From contig CAYUTF010000001.1 in the NCBI GenBank assembly GCA_964447495.1, positions 32,001 to 96,000 of the forward strand: DNA of 64,000 bases, written 5' to 3'. This stretch comes from an uncultured archaeon (GTDB taxonomy: Archaea; Asgardarchaeota; Lokiarchaeia; Sigyniarchaeales; SOKP01). Every line of letters begins with the position of its first letter. Within the stretch, counting starts at the first letter, position 1. Below are positions 1 to 10,602 of the stretch, one piece after another. The translations under genes were made by a program, and so were the position numbers. A model generated the notes under the pieces. The model had not been told where the DNA came from and did not search any database. It saw nothing but the letters and a program-made list of their open reading frames with translations.

Positions 1-1
1 A

Positions 2-508
2 ACTCAAGATATGATTGATTGGATTGACCGCACTGAAAAGTTTAATCAAGATATTTTTAATAAAGCAGTTAGATATCATAAGAATCTAAAGAAGAATAAA
101 TATCTTAAGAATGGTTTTCTACTTAAAAGTGCCTCTGGTGAACGAGCAATACCTATTATTGAGGCTATTTTAACCAATAAAAATTCTTACGAGAATTCTG
201 TAAATGTTCCGAATAATAGCATTATTGATAATCTCCCTCAAGATTTAGTAGTTGAAGTACCCTGCATAGTAAATAAGGATGGAGTAAAAGGAATTAAACT
301 AGGGAATATTCCTAAAAATGTCGCTGCAATCCTTAGGATTGAAGCTACGATTCAAGATATTTGTGTAGAGGCCATCTTACAACGATCAAAAGATCTTGCA
401 TTAACTGCATTAGCGATTGATCCCAATGTAGGAAGTTTTAAGAAAGCTGAAAGTATATTTGATGAGATGATTCAAGTACAGAAGGATTATTTACCGATTT
501 TTAAATAG
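2..508 (+). CDS. Family 4 glycoside hydrolase (alpha-galactosidase/glucosidase-like), C-terminal part; 5' end outside window
   Basis: SGERAIPIIEA...VNVPN..IIDNLPQDLVVEVPCIV...ALAIDP is the GH4 C-terminal signature; frame is open to the window edge. Confidence 0.85.
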   Translation, partial: TQDMIDWIDRTEKFNQDIFNKAVRYHKNLKKNKYLKNGFLLKSASGERAIPIIEAILTNKNSYENSVNVPNNSIIDNLPQDLVVEVPCIVNKDGVKGIKLGNIPKNVAAILRIEATIQDICVEAILQRSKDLALTALAIDPNVGSFKKAESIFDEMIQVQKDYLPIFK

Positions 509-579
509 CATAATAATTTTTCTTCCCTTTCTGTCTAAGATACATACATTTTTTTATCAATATTATCTAATTATTACTT

Positions 580-1521
580 ATGAAATCTGATGGGAGAGAG
601 ATTTCTGGAGGGAAAATTGAAAAAGCAACAGAGCTATTGTGGAAAATTTGGTGGTTTTCCTTTTATATGCTTATTGTTCCTTCTTTAATTGCTGTAATTG
701 GGTTTTTTATCTTTTACTTTATGCTTCATGATGTTTTTATTTCATCTGGATTTACCGTTCTAACCTTTATGTTTTCACTACTTGTTTTTTATAAACCATT
801 TGATAAATATAGAAATGATCCATTCTTTCTTAAAAGTACAAATAATCCTTCAGCACGAATACATATTTTATATTTAATATCAATAGTAGCATTAATTGTT
901 ACTCCCATTTTTGTCTACATCACTCCCGAGAATTACCATTTTGAACTATTACCTTTAATATCCTATTGTATATTGTATAATGTAGTATATCTTTATTTCA
1001 TATTCCAACCAATTGATTATTTTGATTTTTCGGAAGGTAAGTTCAAACATTCAGGACCTTTTTCAGATTCAGTAAAAAAATTCTATAATTATATCATCGT
1101 TATTAATTTTATCTCTCATGTAGTGTTCCTATCATATACTTTTGATACAAAATATTCTTGGTTATTTGCACTTATATCAGATCTGATATTTTATTTAATC
1201 TCCATCTTATCAACGAGAAGTTTATGTAAGAAAATTACTATAAAAATTCAACAAAAAGAACCAATAATTTCCGAACTAAATGAGTATAAGCATAAATTTT
1301 CAATTTTAGTAATTAGTCTAATTTTTTTGTTATTAATCCAAATGCCATTCGTCGTTATTATAATCTTTAGTCTATTGGGTCAAGTATTTTCATATATAGA
1401 AATTTTTAACGCCTCTTTATTTTCTATAGCACTATTTCTGTTTTACTTAAAAACTAGAGTCTATTTTAGTATTTATCATTATAGAAGCATAAAAAGGAGT
1501 GAGTTCGATGCAAAAGAATGA
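580..1521 (+). CDS. Hypothetical polytopic membrane protein (313 aa)
   Basis: Long ORF with about 8 hydrophobic segments; overlaps next ORF by 23 nt. Confidence 0.75.
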   Translation: MKSDGREISGGKIEKATELLWKIWWFSFYMLIVPSLIAVIGFFIFYFMLHDVFISSGFTVLTFMFSLLVFYKPFDKYRNDPFFLKSTNNPSARIHILYLISIVALIVTPIFVYITPENYHFELLPLISYCILYNVVYLYFIFQPIDYFDFSEGKFKHSGPFSDSVKKFYNYIIVINFISHVVFLSYTFDTKYSWLFALISDLIFYLISILSTRSLCKKITIKIQQKEPIISELNEYKHKFSILVISLIFLLLIQMPFVVIIIFSLLGQVFSYIEIFNASLFSIALFLFYLKTRVYFSIYHYRSIKRSEFDAKE

Positions 1522-4500
1522 TACATTAGGTTCTGATAGTAAAATTCAGAGATATCAAATTATTAATCTATTATTATCATTGAGTTTTATATTAACAAGT
1601 ATTATATTTGCGTATTTAATTGAATACCCCGTTATAATTCTTATAATTACTCCTATAATTCTTTTAATAACTTATTATGAACAAAAATCCGAAATTTGTC
1701 CTCGAAAATATAGCCGATATGTATATTTAGTTAGCATTTTAGTGATATTAGGGGTTATGAATTTTTGGATAATACCTCTCTTTTTTGTAACTTATCCAAT
1801 GAATATTCAAGTAATAGTATTTTCTATTGTCCTATACCTTTTATTGCAATACTTTATAAGATATGATTATTTTAGAAGAGAGAATGTAATTATCGCACAA
1901 CATCTCTTAGCTTTTCTTACATTTTTAACTTTTATTTATTCACTCTTTCCCATTCTTAGTTTTGAATTCTCCAGTATTTCAAATGAATCTATTGTTTTGA
2001 TTTTAAATATCTTAACTCATGTATTAATTAATCTTTGTGTATTATTAAGCTCATTTTATTACCTCTATATTCGCCAATTGCAAATAAAATCATCTCGATT
2101 TTTCAATATAAGCATAATGGCGATTTTTTTACTAATTGAGTTCGTTTCTTATGCTATAATAAATTTAATGAACTTTTTTCTTGTACCTTTCGATATATTT
2201 ATACAAACTTTTCTTTTAAGTGTAAATTTAATTCCAGTTATTTTCTTAGGTTATGTATTTTTGAACTATATTTTAGGAATCATTCCTGAAAAGCTAAGTA
2301 AAAAGTTGGCGTATATATTATTTTGGAATATTTTAATTATGATATGTTTTTCGATAATCGTTATTTTTTATTATTCCTTCCGAGTGATACTTATAACACT
2401 TTTATGTTTTTCAATCATTTCCCAATTCTTAGTTAAGTTTGGGTTTAATAATGCAATTATTTCAGAGAAAATCTTAACCTGGTATAGAAAATTAAGTTTT
2501 TATTTGATATATTTAGAAGTGTTTATTTTAGCATTCACTTCATTCTTTGAACTATTTCAAGTATTTGAGATACTCCAAAATCTATTCTTATCAACTTTCT
2601 TTTCTCTAGTAATCATCACTGTTTTACATAATGTCGTGTATAGCACTTTTCATATCTCAAAACTTTTAGCTTACATCCTAAATACTAGCTTATTATTTTT
2701 TACTAACTTCTTGGTGTTTTTTTATAGCGCTCTTTTAACTTTAAACACATTCTATATCTTTCTAATTCCTATTACTTTTTCAAGTATTTTTTTAAATATT
2801 CCATTATACTATTTAAAAACTGTTGTGAAAAAGAGGTTTTTAATCAAAAAATTAATTATTATTAATAGTTTTATTGTTTCAATTGCTTTTACAGCTATTC
2901 CTTCAGTTATCTCCTTAGAAATGATTAAATTAGGGTACCTTGTTGATATTGTGTCTACATTTAATTTTTCTATCTACATTCTTTACATAATATTGGGATG
3001 CATTTACATTTTTTCCAGGAGTCTCAATCTAAAGGAAAATAGCAAAACTGCAATTCTAAAATCTCAGGTTTTTATAGAAATCATAATTGCATTTACGACA
3101 GTTTTTTATTATCTGAATGTGCTCCTTAAAGATACATTATATGGCTTTATATTACCAATTTTAGCTACATCGGCCTTTTTATATATCCCCTTATTATTTT
3201 CTTACAAAAAGAACTATTTCCTAAACCTATCGATCCGAAGAATTATCATAGTTAATACTTTTATTTTTTGGATTTGCATTATTTCCACACCTTCTTTCAT
3301 AGCACTTGAATTAGCGATTTTAGGGTTCAATGTTGATTCAAATGTGATTATCTTAGTGAGTATAATACTATGGTTCATTTTTTTAAAATTCCTTGACATT
3401 ATCACACAGTTTTTAAAGATTAAAGAGAAGGGTATTGAATTCATAAAAATTTGTCAAATTTTTAGCTGGATTGCAATTTGCATTTTGGTTAGTAGGCAGG
3501 TTTTTCTATTCTTATTTGATATTTTTAGTGGTGATCTTCTTTGGGGAGTAAACATTTCTATTTCACTTATATCATTTTTACTGCTAAATATCCTTAATTT
3601 ATCGTTATTGGAAAGTTTAAAACAGATTACTTTTGAAAATAGAGAGAGCAAATATGATTATTATAAAATTTATAAAATTTATGAATATAATAAAAATCTC
3701 ATTTATTTTGGATTGATTTTTGCGATATCTCTGCTAATAAGTTTATTAACTCAACAGATTGGGTTATTATCGCTTATTTTTATAGATGAGACGATTCTTA
3801 TCCCCTTACTGGTTCAAATAGGTATATTTATGCTAATTTCTTTACTATTATTGCGCATCACTTCATCCTTTTTTGAAATAGAGTTTGTTAAAACCAAATT
3901 AATCTTAGAAGCAATATGTTGGTTTGTTTTAAAGATAATAATATGCCTGATTTTAATATTCATTCCTTTTAATATATCCTTCTTTAATCGATTTTTATTA
4001 GTCGTATTAGTGTTTTCAGTCTTAAGTCCGATAAGTTTGTATTTCTTAAGTGAACTCTTTGTCATTTTAGACTCATCAATAAGAAGAATGAAAAAAATCA
4101 TAATAATAATCTTCCTTATATCTGCTCTAATATTTTTCTCAGAACTGTATTGGTTAATATATTTTGATCTCCATCTTTTTGCTATTGATCAAACTCTTTT
4201 AATTTTAAATTATGCTTGTATAGTTTACCTATTTTTAAATTTCGTAATTACTTATTATCACAATATTTTTGAGGGAGAAGAAAGCTTAAAGATTTACAAG
4301 ATATTCGGACTAGATATCTTGCTCTCCACCTCATTGCTATTGATTAATTCTAGCTTCTTTATCTTTTTCTTACTTCTCCTCTATTCTATTATTTTATATA
4401 ATAGAAACCGAAATATTGTATTTCGCATAATGATATACTTGGTTCTTTCAATTTTTTGTTTAATTGAAGTATTGATTAATTTTAATTATTTTAATTTTTT

Positions 4501-7500
4501 GAAAGCGTATATCCTCAATGATATTGGTTTCTTTATATTAATTGCACTAATCTCAATTATATCAGTTTTATTATTTTCAGTTATCATTAATGCTAAACGA
4601 GAGAATTTTATCGAGAATCATTTGCTTTATATTTTATTCTCATTATTGTCTTATTTTACACTTCTAACTTTCACTTTATTACCCCAAATATACAGTCTCT
4701 CGATTTTAATTTTAGTTTATTTGTTATTTATTGGAGTATCCCTATATCGACGGGAAAGTGAAAATTATAAGTGGTATATTGGTCCATGCATTCTTATTTT
4801 TATATTTGATTTTATTTTCTTTTCCTCAGACGTTTTTCTTTTCACTGGAACATTATTTTACAAGTACAAAGCAATACTAGGAATATCTCTAACATTAAGT
4901 ATCACAGGATTGCTATTCATATTAATATATAATAGCGCATCCAAGAATTTGAGAAAATATTCGTTTATTGTAGTTTTAGGAATGATTTTAGGAACATTGC
5001 CTACATTTATATATTTTCTGTTGATTTCTCTATTCGCACTCCCTATTTTAGATCCTATAGCATTAATTGTTGCCATAAATGTCTTCATATTTCTTTTTTA
5101 TCTCTCAATTGGGATTTATCAAGGGAAAATCTCATGGCAAATTTGGAGAACTGGTTGGTGGCTGTGGATTATCTGTCCAATTGCTAATTTTTATATCATC
5201 TATGAAAGTTTCGCAGGTGTAGATCTTTTTACGAAATCATTATCCTTTTTCGGTCTCTTCACCATTAATGGCTCATTTATCCTTTCCATCATGATCTGTA
5301 TAGTGATTTCACTTCCATTTTGGTATTCCTGGATTAAAAAACATTTTTCTGAAACTTTGTTGATAGTGTGGGGGTTAAGTTTATTTGCTTTGTATTGGCT
5401 AAGTCAAAATATATTTGCCGATAACATATTCTTCACAAATTTTCTCTTTATCCTTTTTGCAATCTTTTTATTAATACCCATATTTTTTTGGATGAAAGTA
5501 TGGAAATTATTATCACTCCTTTGGACAATCTTCTCAATAACTATGGTCGTATTTTTATTTATCCTTTTTAGTGAGTTAGGTTTTATCTTTGAGATAAATT
5601 TTTCTCTTAATATTATGATAGGTGGAACTTTTTTCATCATAGCATCGTTTTTTCCTACATTTCAAGCTCAGAAGAGTGTTATTCTAATATTATCTTACTC
5701 AATGGTTATAATTGGAATATTCTTGACGGTGTATAATATTAATTACTTGCTATTTTTAAATTTTCCAATCTCATTAGCTATTTCTTTAATAATTATTGGA
5801 ATGAGTCTTTTTAGTTCCAAGCTGTTCAAATTAAACCAATCAATATTTAATTTTCTTATCTCAATTGTTCTAATCTTTGGGTTCTCATTACTCAGCTATA
5901 TAACATTTAGTCTAATACCTAACTTTGAGCTATTTTCTGTATTTTTGACAATAACCGTTGCGGGGATCTCGTTTTTTGCCTTTAACCATTATAAAATGTT
6001 ATTAGGAATTAAGAAAATAATCCCTATCTCTATACTTTCTATTGGATTATCTTTAACGTTATCTAATTTAGTTCTAATACTCTTTTCGGATGCATTCTTT
6101 TTATCAGGTTCAGTTTTTATTGCGATTAATTTAATCTTCCTTTATTATTTATTGTATGAAAAAAGATTCATTATGTTGTATTTATTTCCTCTGCCATTTA
6201 CAATCTTTTTTCTTGAATTTATAAGACTTATTGAAATTTTTCAACCTTTAGCTATTTTTATACTAATTGGTTTGATGTTATACACTACTTTCTTTCAACT
6301 TATCTTAAACATACTAAATCCAAATAACCAAAAAGTTAAAGAAGAAGATTTAAAAGGCTTAAAGAAGTTTTTCAAAAATCAGAATCAAGTAAAAGTATTA
6401 AATTTTCTCTCATTAGTTTTAAATAGCACATATTTCTCACTTTTTATAGCATTTATAAGCCAATTATCTATTTTGTATAAGATAATAGAATTCTTCATTA
6501 TATGGTCTATTTTGATCTTAATAAGTTTTAAATATTATAAAAAGTGGGGGTTAGACAAGGAATTTGTTGTCATATCTTCAAAAATTTTGAAATTCGGCTC
6601 TCTAATTGCTTTATTCTTATATTTCGAAATCTCTATCTTAATGCTTGGATTGTTAATGGAATTTTTCTTATTGGATATTCAAACAAGTGTGATAATTTCC
6701 TTGACATTTTATTTCCTTCTAAATACATTGGATATTTATGTTATTAAAAAAGGTTATAAAAATGTAATGCACATTCTAAATATTATCGTCTATACCTTTC
6801 TTTCGATTTATACATATATATTCTTAAATCAATTTACAATAATTAATAGTGATTTAGCTCTCCTCTTTATAATAATACTATTATTGATGCAATTCTATAC
6901 TAACTATGCCACATTTAACTTTTTAAAAGGATTCAATAAATATGATAACACTAAACTAGATAACCTTAAAGGGTATATCAAAAATATTATATTAAATTTA
7001 ATCTATATTACGATAAGTCTTTATAGTGCAACATTAATAGTTAGTTTTTTCCAAGTGAGCTTTCTGGGTATTTATGCTATTTCTTTATTCTCGTTATACA
7101 TCATGATATTCTCCCTTTTAATGTATTTCTTTAACTATATCATCAAGAGCAAATTTAAACCTATTTTAACCTCTTCACTTTTTATTGTATTTCAACTTTC
7201 ATTAGGATTATTCTGGGTATCTTTTTCTATTTATCTGAATTTATTAAATTTATTCAATATATCATTGATACTCATAGCTGAGACAACACTATCTTTTTAT
7301 TCTACTAAATTATTAGGAATGTTATTTAAAGAAAAAATTAGGGAAAATATAGTAGCTCAAATTTATTCGATCATAACGATTATTATATATTTTGAGTTAT
7401 CTTTCCTTGTTTATAGCATTTCAAATTTAATCTTAGGAATCTATGAAAGCTTATTAGCCTCACAAATATCAATATTTTTAATTTCTTTTCTTGAAATAGA

Positions 7501-9145
7501 CATTTTAAAGCGAATGAAAGTGAAATATATGCTTATTATCCAATTATTAAGCTATTTGGCCATTTCTTTACTCATCTTAGTTATTTTTAGTCAGATATAT
7601 ATTTTAAAAATCAATTTTGTTTTTCTGTCTATTGTTCTACTCACTTTAATGCAATTCTATACAAATTATTTGTATTTCAAGATTAGAAAGTTATCACATC
7701 CCGAGAAAGAGAATATATTTATCAAGTGGAAAAAATATAGACAGAATATCCTTGGAATATGTTTCTATATATTTTTAATCGTATACATATCCCAGAACTT
7801 ATTAAGCTTAAATCTAGAATTGCAGTTATTTTTGTTTATCATAAGTCTAATCACTCATTTACTCATAATTGGAGATAATTTCATATTCAAATTTATAGGA
7901 AAATATACTAATATAATTGTATTGATTACGTGGGCTCTAATTTTTGGTTTTTCATTCCTATACTTTCTTTCTTGGATTCCTCCTTTTTCTATTAGAGTAA
8001 TTCCAGTAATTATTTTGTTGTTATTATTAGAAATCTTATATTTATACAAGACCATTGAGTACTCCACAACGCTCAAATTTGATATTAGTAAGATTAAAAA
8101 AGTATTAATTTACCTATTTTATTTCAATTTTACTAGTTGGCCTCTTTACTATGCAACTCTCGAGGTGTTACAAACTTTAAATTTGATTCTTTTTTCTCTT
8201 GCAATTTTATTATTAATAGTTTTGATTGATAGGAGTATTGGAGCAATAAATAACACGATTAGGAAAAAATTAATAGATATATGTATTATGAGTATAGGTT
8301 TTGTTCTTTCAGTGAATATTTTTCTCTTTTTAGAATTTTATTTAATATCTAATTTCTTAGCAAATCTGTGTGTCGCCTTATTACCATTTATGCTTTTCTT
8401 AGGCTACCTATTAAAACCATTTAAGAGAAAGAAAATACTTTCATTTGCCTACTGGACATCATTATTCATATTATTAAGTATAATAACCTATAATTTAACT
8501 GCCTCAGGTTTTAGCTGGGGAATCCTCCTCTTTGGCGCAATACTTTATCCATTCATCTTCATGCTAGAAGAACTGAAATTGTTTCTTGAAAACATTGCTA
8601 CTTTTATAAAGATATCCTACTATAAAGTAAAAAATGCGATGATAACAATGTATTACAGTATTCTAAATTTCTTAATAAGAAATTTCAAATATGTAAAAGT
8701 AGTAATTTGTTTTGGGTTTGGAATTAGCATAGGAATACTCTTTTCTGATATAATATTAGGATTATTAAATCCCCTACACTCATTTTTATTAACTTTTGCT
8801 GTGTTTGGTATTTTATATGGATTAATTCCAGGTAAAAAAACTGAAGATCTAGATGAGATTTTTGAGCAAAAAATGAAAAGGTTCATAATAATTTGGATAA
8901 GCACCTCTTTATTCATTTATATATTGATATTACCCTATATTGAATCATTTATTTATTCATTAATTCTTATGACGTCATCAATATTGGGATTAGGGGCGAT
9001 TTTATTGATATTTATATATAGAAAAGAAAAGAAGAAAAAAATATCAATTAAGTGGCGTTTTTATACTACAATTGTTTCGATTTCATTAGTGATTTTTTGG
9101 GTTATATTAATTCTTATTTGGTATTTCACCGAAGTTCGAATTTAG
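1499..9145 (+). CDS. Giant polytopic membrane protein (2548 aa), function unknown
   Basis: 7.6 kb uninterrupted ORF made almost entirely of hydrophobic helices with short Lys-rich loops; alternative ATG at 1508 follows AGGAGTGA. Confidence 0.85.
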   Translation: MSSMQKNDTLGSDSKIQRYQIINLLLSLSFILTSIIFAYLIEYPVIILIITPIILLITYYEQKSEICPRKYSRYVYLVSILVILGVMNFWIIPLFFVTYPMNIQVIVFSIVLYLLLQYFIRYDYFRRENVIIAQHLLAFLTFLTFIYSLFPILSFEFSSISNESIVLILNILTHVLINLCVLLSSFYYLYIRQLQIKSSRFFNISIMAIFLLIEFVSYAIINLMNFFLVPFDIFIQTFLLSVNLIPVIFLGYVFLNYILGIIPEKLSKKLAYILFWNILIMICFSIIVIFYYSFRVILITLLCFSIISQFLVKFGFNNAIISEKILTWYRKLSFYLIYLEVFILAFTSFFELFQVFEILQNLFLSTFFSLVIITVLHNVVYSTFHISKLLAYILNTSLLFFTNFLVFFYSALLTLNTFYIFLIPITFSSIFLNIPLYYLKTVVKKRFLIKKLIIINSFIVSIAFTAIPSVISLEMIKLGYLVDIVSTFNFSIYILYIILGCIYIFSRSLNLKENSKTAILKSQVFIEIIIAFTTVFYYLNVLLKDTLYGFILPILATSAFLYIPLLFSYKKNYFLNLSIRRIIIVNTFIFWICIISTPSFIALELAILGFNVDSNVIILVSIILWFIFLKFLDIITQFLKIKEKGIEFIKICQIFSWIAICILVSRQVFLFLFDIFSGDLLWGVNISISLISFLLLNILNLSLLESLKQITFENRESKYDYYKIYKIYEYNKNLIYFGLIFAISLLISLLTQQIGLLSLIFIDETILIPLLVQIGIFMLISLLLLRITSSFFEIEFVKTKLILEAICWFVLKIIICLILIFIPFNISFFNRFLLVVLVFSVLSPISLYFLSELFVILDSSIRRMKKIIIIIFLISALIFFSELYWLIYFDLHLFAIDQTLLILNYACIVYLFLNFVITYYHNIFEGEESLKIYKIFGLDILLSTSLLLINSSFFIFFLLLLYSIILYNRNRNIVFRIMIYLVLSIFCLIEVLINFNYFNFLKAYILNDIGFFILIALISIISVLLFSVIINAKRENFIENHLLYILFSLLSYFTLLTFTLLPQIYSLSILILVYLLFIGVSLYRRESENYKWYIGPCILIFIFDFIFFSSDVFLFTGTLFYKYKAILGISLTLSITGLLFILIYNSASKNLRKYSFIVVLGMILGTLPTFIYFLLISLFALPILDPIALIVAINVFIFLFYLSIGIYQGKISWQIWRTGWWLWIICPIANFYIIYESFAGVDLFTKSLSFFGLFTINGSFILSIMICIVISLPFWYSWIKKHFSETLLIVWGLSLFALYWLSQNIFADNIFFTNFLFILFAIFLLIPIFFWMKVWKLLSLLWTIFSITMVVFLFILFSELGFIFEINFSLNIMIGGTFFIIASFFPTFQAQKSVILILSYSMVIIGIFLTVYNINYLLFLNFPISLAISLIIIGMSLFSSKLFKLNQSIFNFLISIVLIFGFSLLSYITFSLIPNFELFSVFLTITVAGISFFAFNHYKMLLGIKKIIPISILSIGLSLTLSNLVLILFSDAFFLSGSVFIAINLIFLYYLLYEKRFIMLYLFPLPFTIFFLEFIRLIEIFQPLAIFILIGLMLYTTFFQLILNILNPNNQKVKEEDLKGLKKFFKNQNQVKVLNFLSLVLNSTYFSLFIAFISQLSILYKIIEFFIIWSILILISFKYYKKWGLDKEFVVISSKILKFGSLIALFLYFEISILMLGLLMEFFLLDIQTSVIISLTFYFLLNTLDIYVIKKGYKNVMHILNIIVYTFLSIYTYIFLNQFTIINSDLALLFIIILLLMQFYTNYATFNFLKGFNKYDNTKLDNLKGYIKNIILNLIYITISLYSATLIVSFFQVSFLGIYAISLFSLYIMIFSLLMYFFNYIIKSKFKPILTSSLFIVFQLSLGLFWVSFSIYLNLLNLFNISLILIAETTLSFYSTKLLGMLFKEKIRENIVAQIYSIITIIIYFELSFLVYSISNLILGIYESLLASQISIFLISFLEIDILKRMKVKYMLIIQLLSYLAISLLILVIFSQIYILKINFVFLSIVLLTLMQFYTNYLYFKIRKLSHPEKENIFIKWKKYRQNILGICFYIFLIVYISQNLLSLNLELQLFLFIISLITHLLIIGDNFIFKFIGKYTNIIVLITWALIFGFSFLYFLSWIPPFSIRVIPVIILLLLLEILYLYKTIEYSTTLKFDISKIKKVLIYLFYFNFTSWPLYYATLEVLQTLNLILFSLAILLLIVLIDRSIGAINNTIRKKLIDICIMSIGFVLSVNIFLFLEFYLISNFLANLCVALLPFMLFLGYLLKPFKRKKILSFAYWTSLFILLSIITYNLTASGFSWGILLFGAILYPFIFMLEELKLFLENIATFIKISYYKVKNAMITMYYSILNFLIRNFKYVKVVICFGFGISIGILFSDIILGLLNPLHSFLLTFAVFGILYGLIPGKKTEDLDEIFEQKMKRFIIIWISTSLFIYILILPYIESFIYSLILMTSSILGLGAILLIFIYRKEKKKKISIKWRFYTTIVSISLVIFWVILILIWYFTEVRI

Positions 9146-9556
9146 AGTATTGAAATTAACTCACATTCAAAAAATTAATGGATTACAAAATGCAAGAAAT
9201 TAACAATAAGAAGTATAAACTTAGTTAAAATTTGAAAAGTTTTTACTTTTCCATTTATTAAGATATTCCTTAAATTCAATCTCATCAAGTCCAATTGAAT
9301 TCATTTTCCTTGTAGTTTTGTGATTTGACGAGGTTTTTTTGAATCCTAAGGACCAATCATAATACGAGTTTGCTTTTGAGGACATAATAATAAAATACAA
9401 ACAAGTAAAAATAAACACCTACAGACTGGAAATTTTCTGATATTCCAAAAGTGGTCTAAATTGTTTTTCCATACTATACAAAAGTGAGAATTCTTAAAAT
9501 TTATAAGTCTAGAACAAAATTTTTAGTGCATAATAAAAAATTCAAATTGAGTTTTT

Positions 9557-10096
9557 ATGGAACAAGATAAAAAAAGAATTAATGTAAAAGATTGGATAAT
9601 AACTAGTACAACGATGATTGGCGTGAATCTTACAATTCTTGCGCTTATTTGGCAAGCGGCGCCTCCCCAAGGCATTTATACAGCAACCTTGTTTTTAATG
9701 TTATCTTTTATTCTCTTTATTAATAGTGTTTCAGCAAATTCTAAAGCTAACTTTGAGGTAAAGTCTGGTAATGCGACTGAAGAGAAGATTCTAAAGTTTG
9801 TATCATTTGCGGAATATTCATTTGGGCTCGGATTTACCTTGATCATAATCGGATTTTCCATTTTGAGCTATGAATATCTATTAGATTTCATAGGAAATGA
9901 ACTTATTGTACTCATAATACCTTCAGCTTTCCTTATCACAGCATGGATTATGATTTTTATTTATAATTCGATTAATTTTTCAGGAAAACCACTTAAAGGA
10001 ATAAGGAGTCTAAAGCGTAATTTATGGATGATAATGGAACTGATTTGTTTAATAATTATCATATTAGATTTTTTTAACTTAATAATAATTCCATAA
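9557..10096 (+). CDS. Hypothetical membrane protein (179 aa)
   Basis: ATG-started ORF with about 5 TM segments; TATA-like TTTATAA near 9500. Confidence 0.75.
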   Translation: MEQDKKRINVKDWIITSTTMIGVNLTILALIWQAAPPQGIYTATLFLMLSFILFINSVSANSKANFEVKSGNATEEKILKFVSFAEYSFGLGFTLIIIGFSILSYEYLLDFIGNELIVLIIPSAFLITAWIMIFIYNSINFSGKPLKGIRSLKRNLWMIMELICLIIIILDFFNLIIIP

Positions 10097-10185
10097 TTTT
10101 TTTTATATTTGTTTAAGATTAATTCAGTGTTAATTTTTTAATCTAACCTAATATATCAATTTATAAAATAGTAAGAATAGAATAG

Positions 10186-10193
10186 TTATAAGT
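10186..10193 (+). promoter_or_regulatory. Putative archaeal TATA box (TTATAAGT) with purine-rich BRE-like upstream sequence, ahead of the structured RNA
   Basis: AAGAATAGAATAG-TTATAAGT lies about 22-25 nt before the first paired segment (10208-10211); AT-rich context limits specificity. Confidence 0.4.
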
Positions 10194-10207
10194 ATTAAAA
10201 ATAGAAA

Positions 10208-10570
10208 GGCCGAGAAGATGCAAATGAAAACCGAAAGGTATTCATTGCATTTGTATAGTAATTCTTTACTTGCGTAAAGGGTTTTCAATGCATTTTCTTC
10301 AACCGAAAGTTTGATTCAAGAACCAATCATTCAATTGCTTATCCGAAGATAATGCCTACTCCCCGAGGGAAGTGAGACAAGTGCAAAATTATTGTACTCG
10401 AAAGTACATTAACTTGCAATAATACATTGCTTTTACTATACTACTTCTCGAAGTTCATACGGTAAGGTATGAACATTATATGTATTGAAAGTTGCATATT
10501 TAAATGAACCTATTAAGGGGTTATTAAATTTTTATGTCGTGAATTTCGGCATCATAGATTTTTAGGTCGG
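10208..10570 (+). ncRNA. Candidate large multi-stem structured non-coding RNA, family unknown
   Basis: No ORF. Nested helices 10211-17/10444-50, 10253-61/10433-41, 10286-90/10425-29; hairpins 10218-50 (GAAA), 10262-81, 10299-314 (GAAA), 10339-52 (CGAA), 10360-70, 10382-418 (CGAA), 10453-74, 10478-99 (GAAA), 10507-22, 10534-52; G-U pairs favour the + strand. Confidence 0.7.
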
Positions 10571-10602
10571 GATCAAACAGCAGTTTTAATATGAATTCTT
10601 TT

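Noticed and set aside
3214-8916. Many 65-95 aa ORFs inside the giant membrane gene (and similar ones inside other long genes)
   Set aside because: Shadow frames produced by codon bias; no motifs or independent start signals.
9221-9472. 65-aa minus-strand ORF extendable through an in-frame TAG (9419-21) to an ATG at 9472
   Set aside because: No recognisable motif and no pyrrolysine context; probably a chance frame or decayed gene.
10208-10585. RNase P RNA, SRP RNA or group II intron as identity of the structured region
   Set aside because: No GAGGAAAGUCC-type P4 on either strand; TAGGTCGGGATCAAACAGCAG (10563-83) only mimics SRP helix 8 and cannot form its stem-tetraloop; no domain V catalytic hairpin or GUGCG 5' end.
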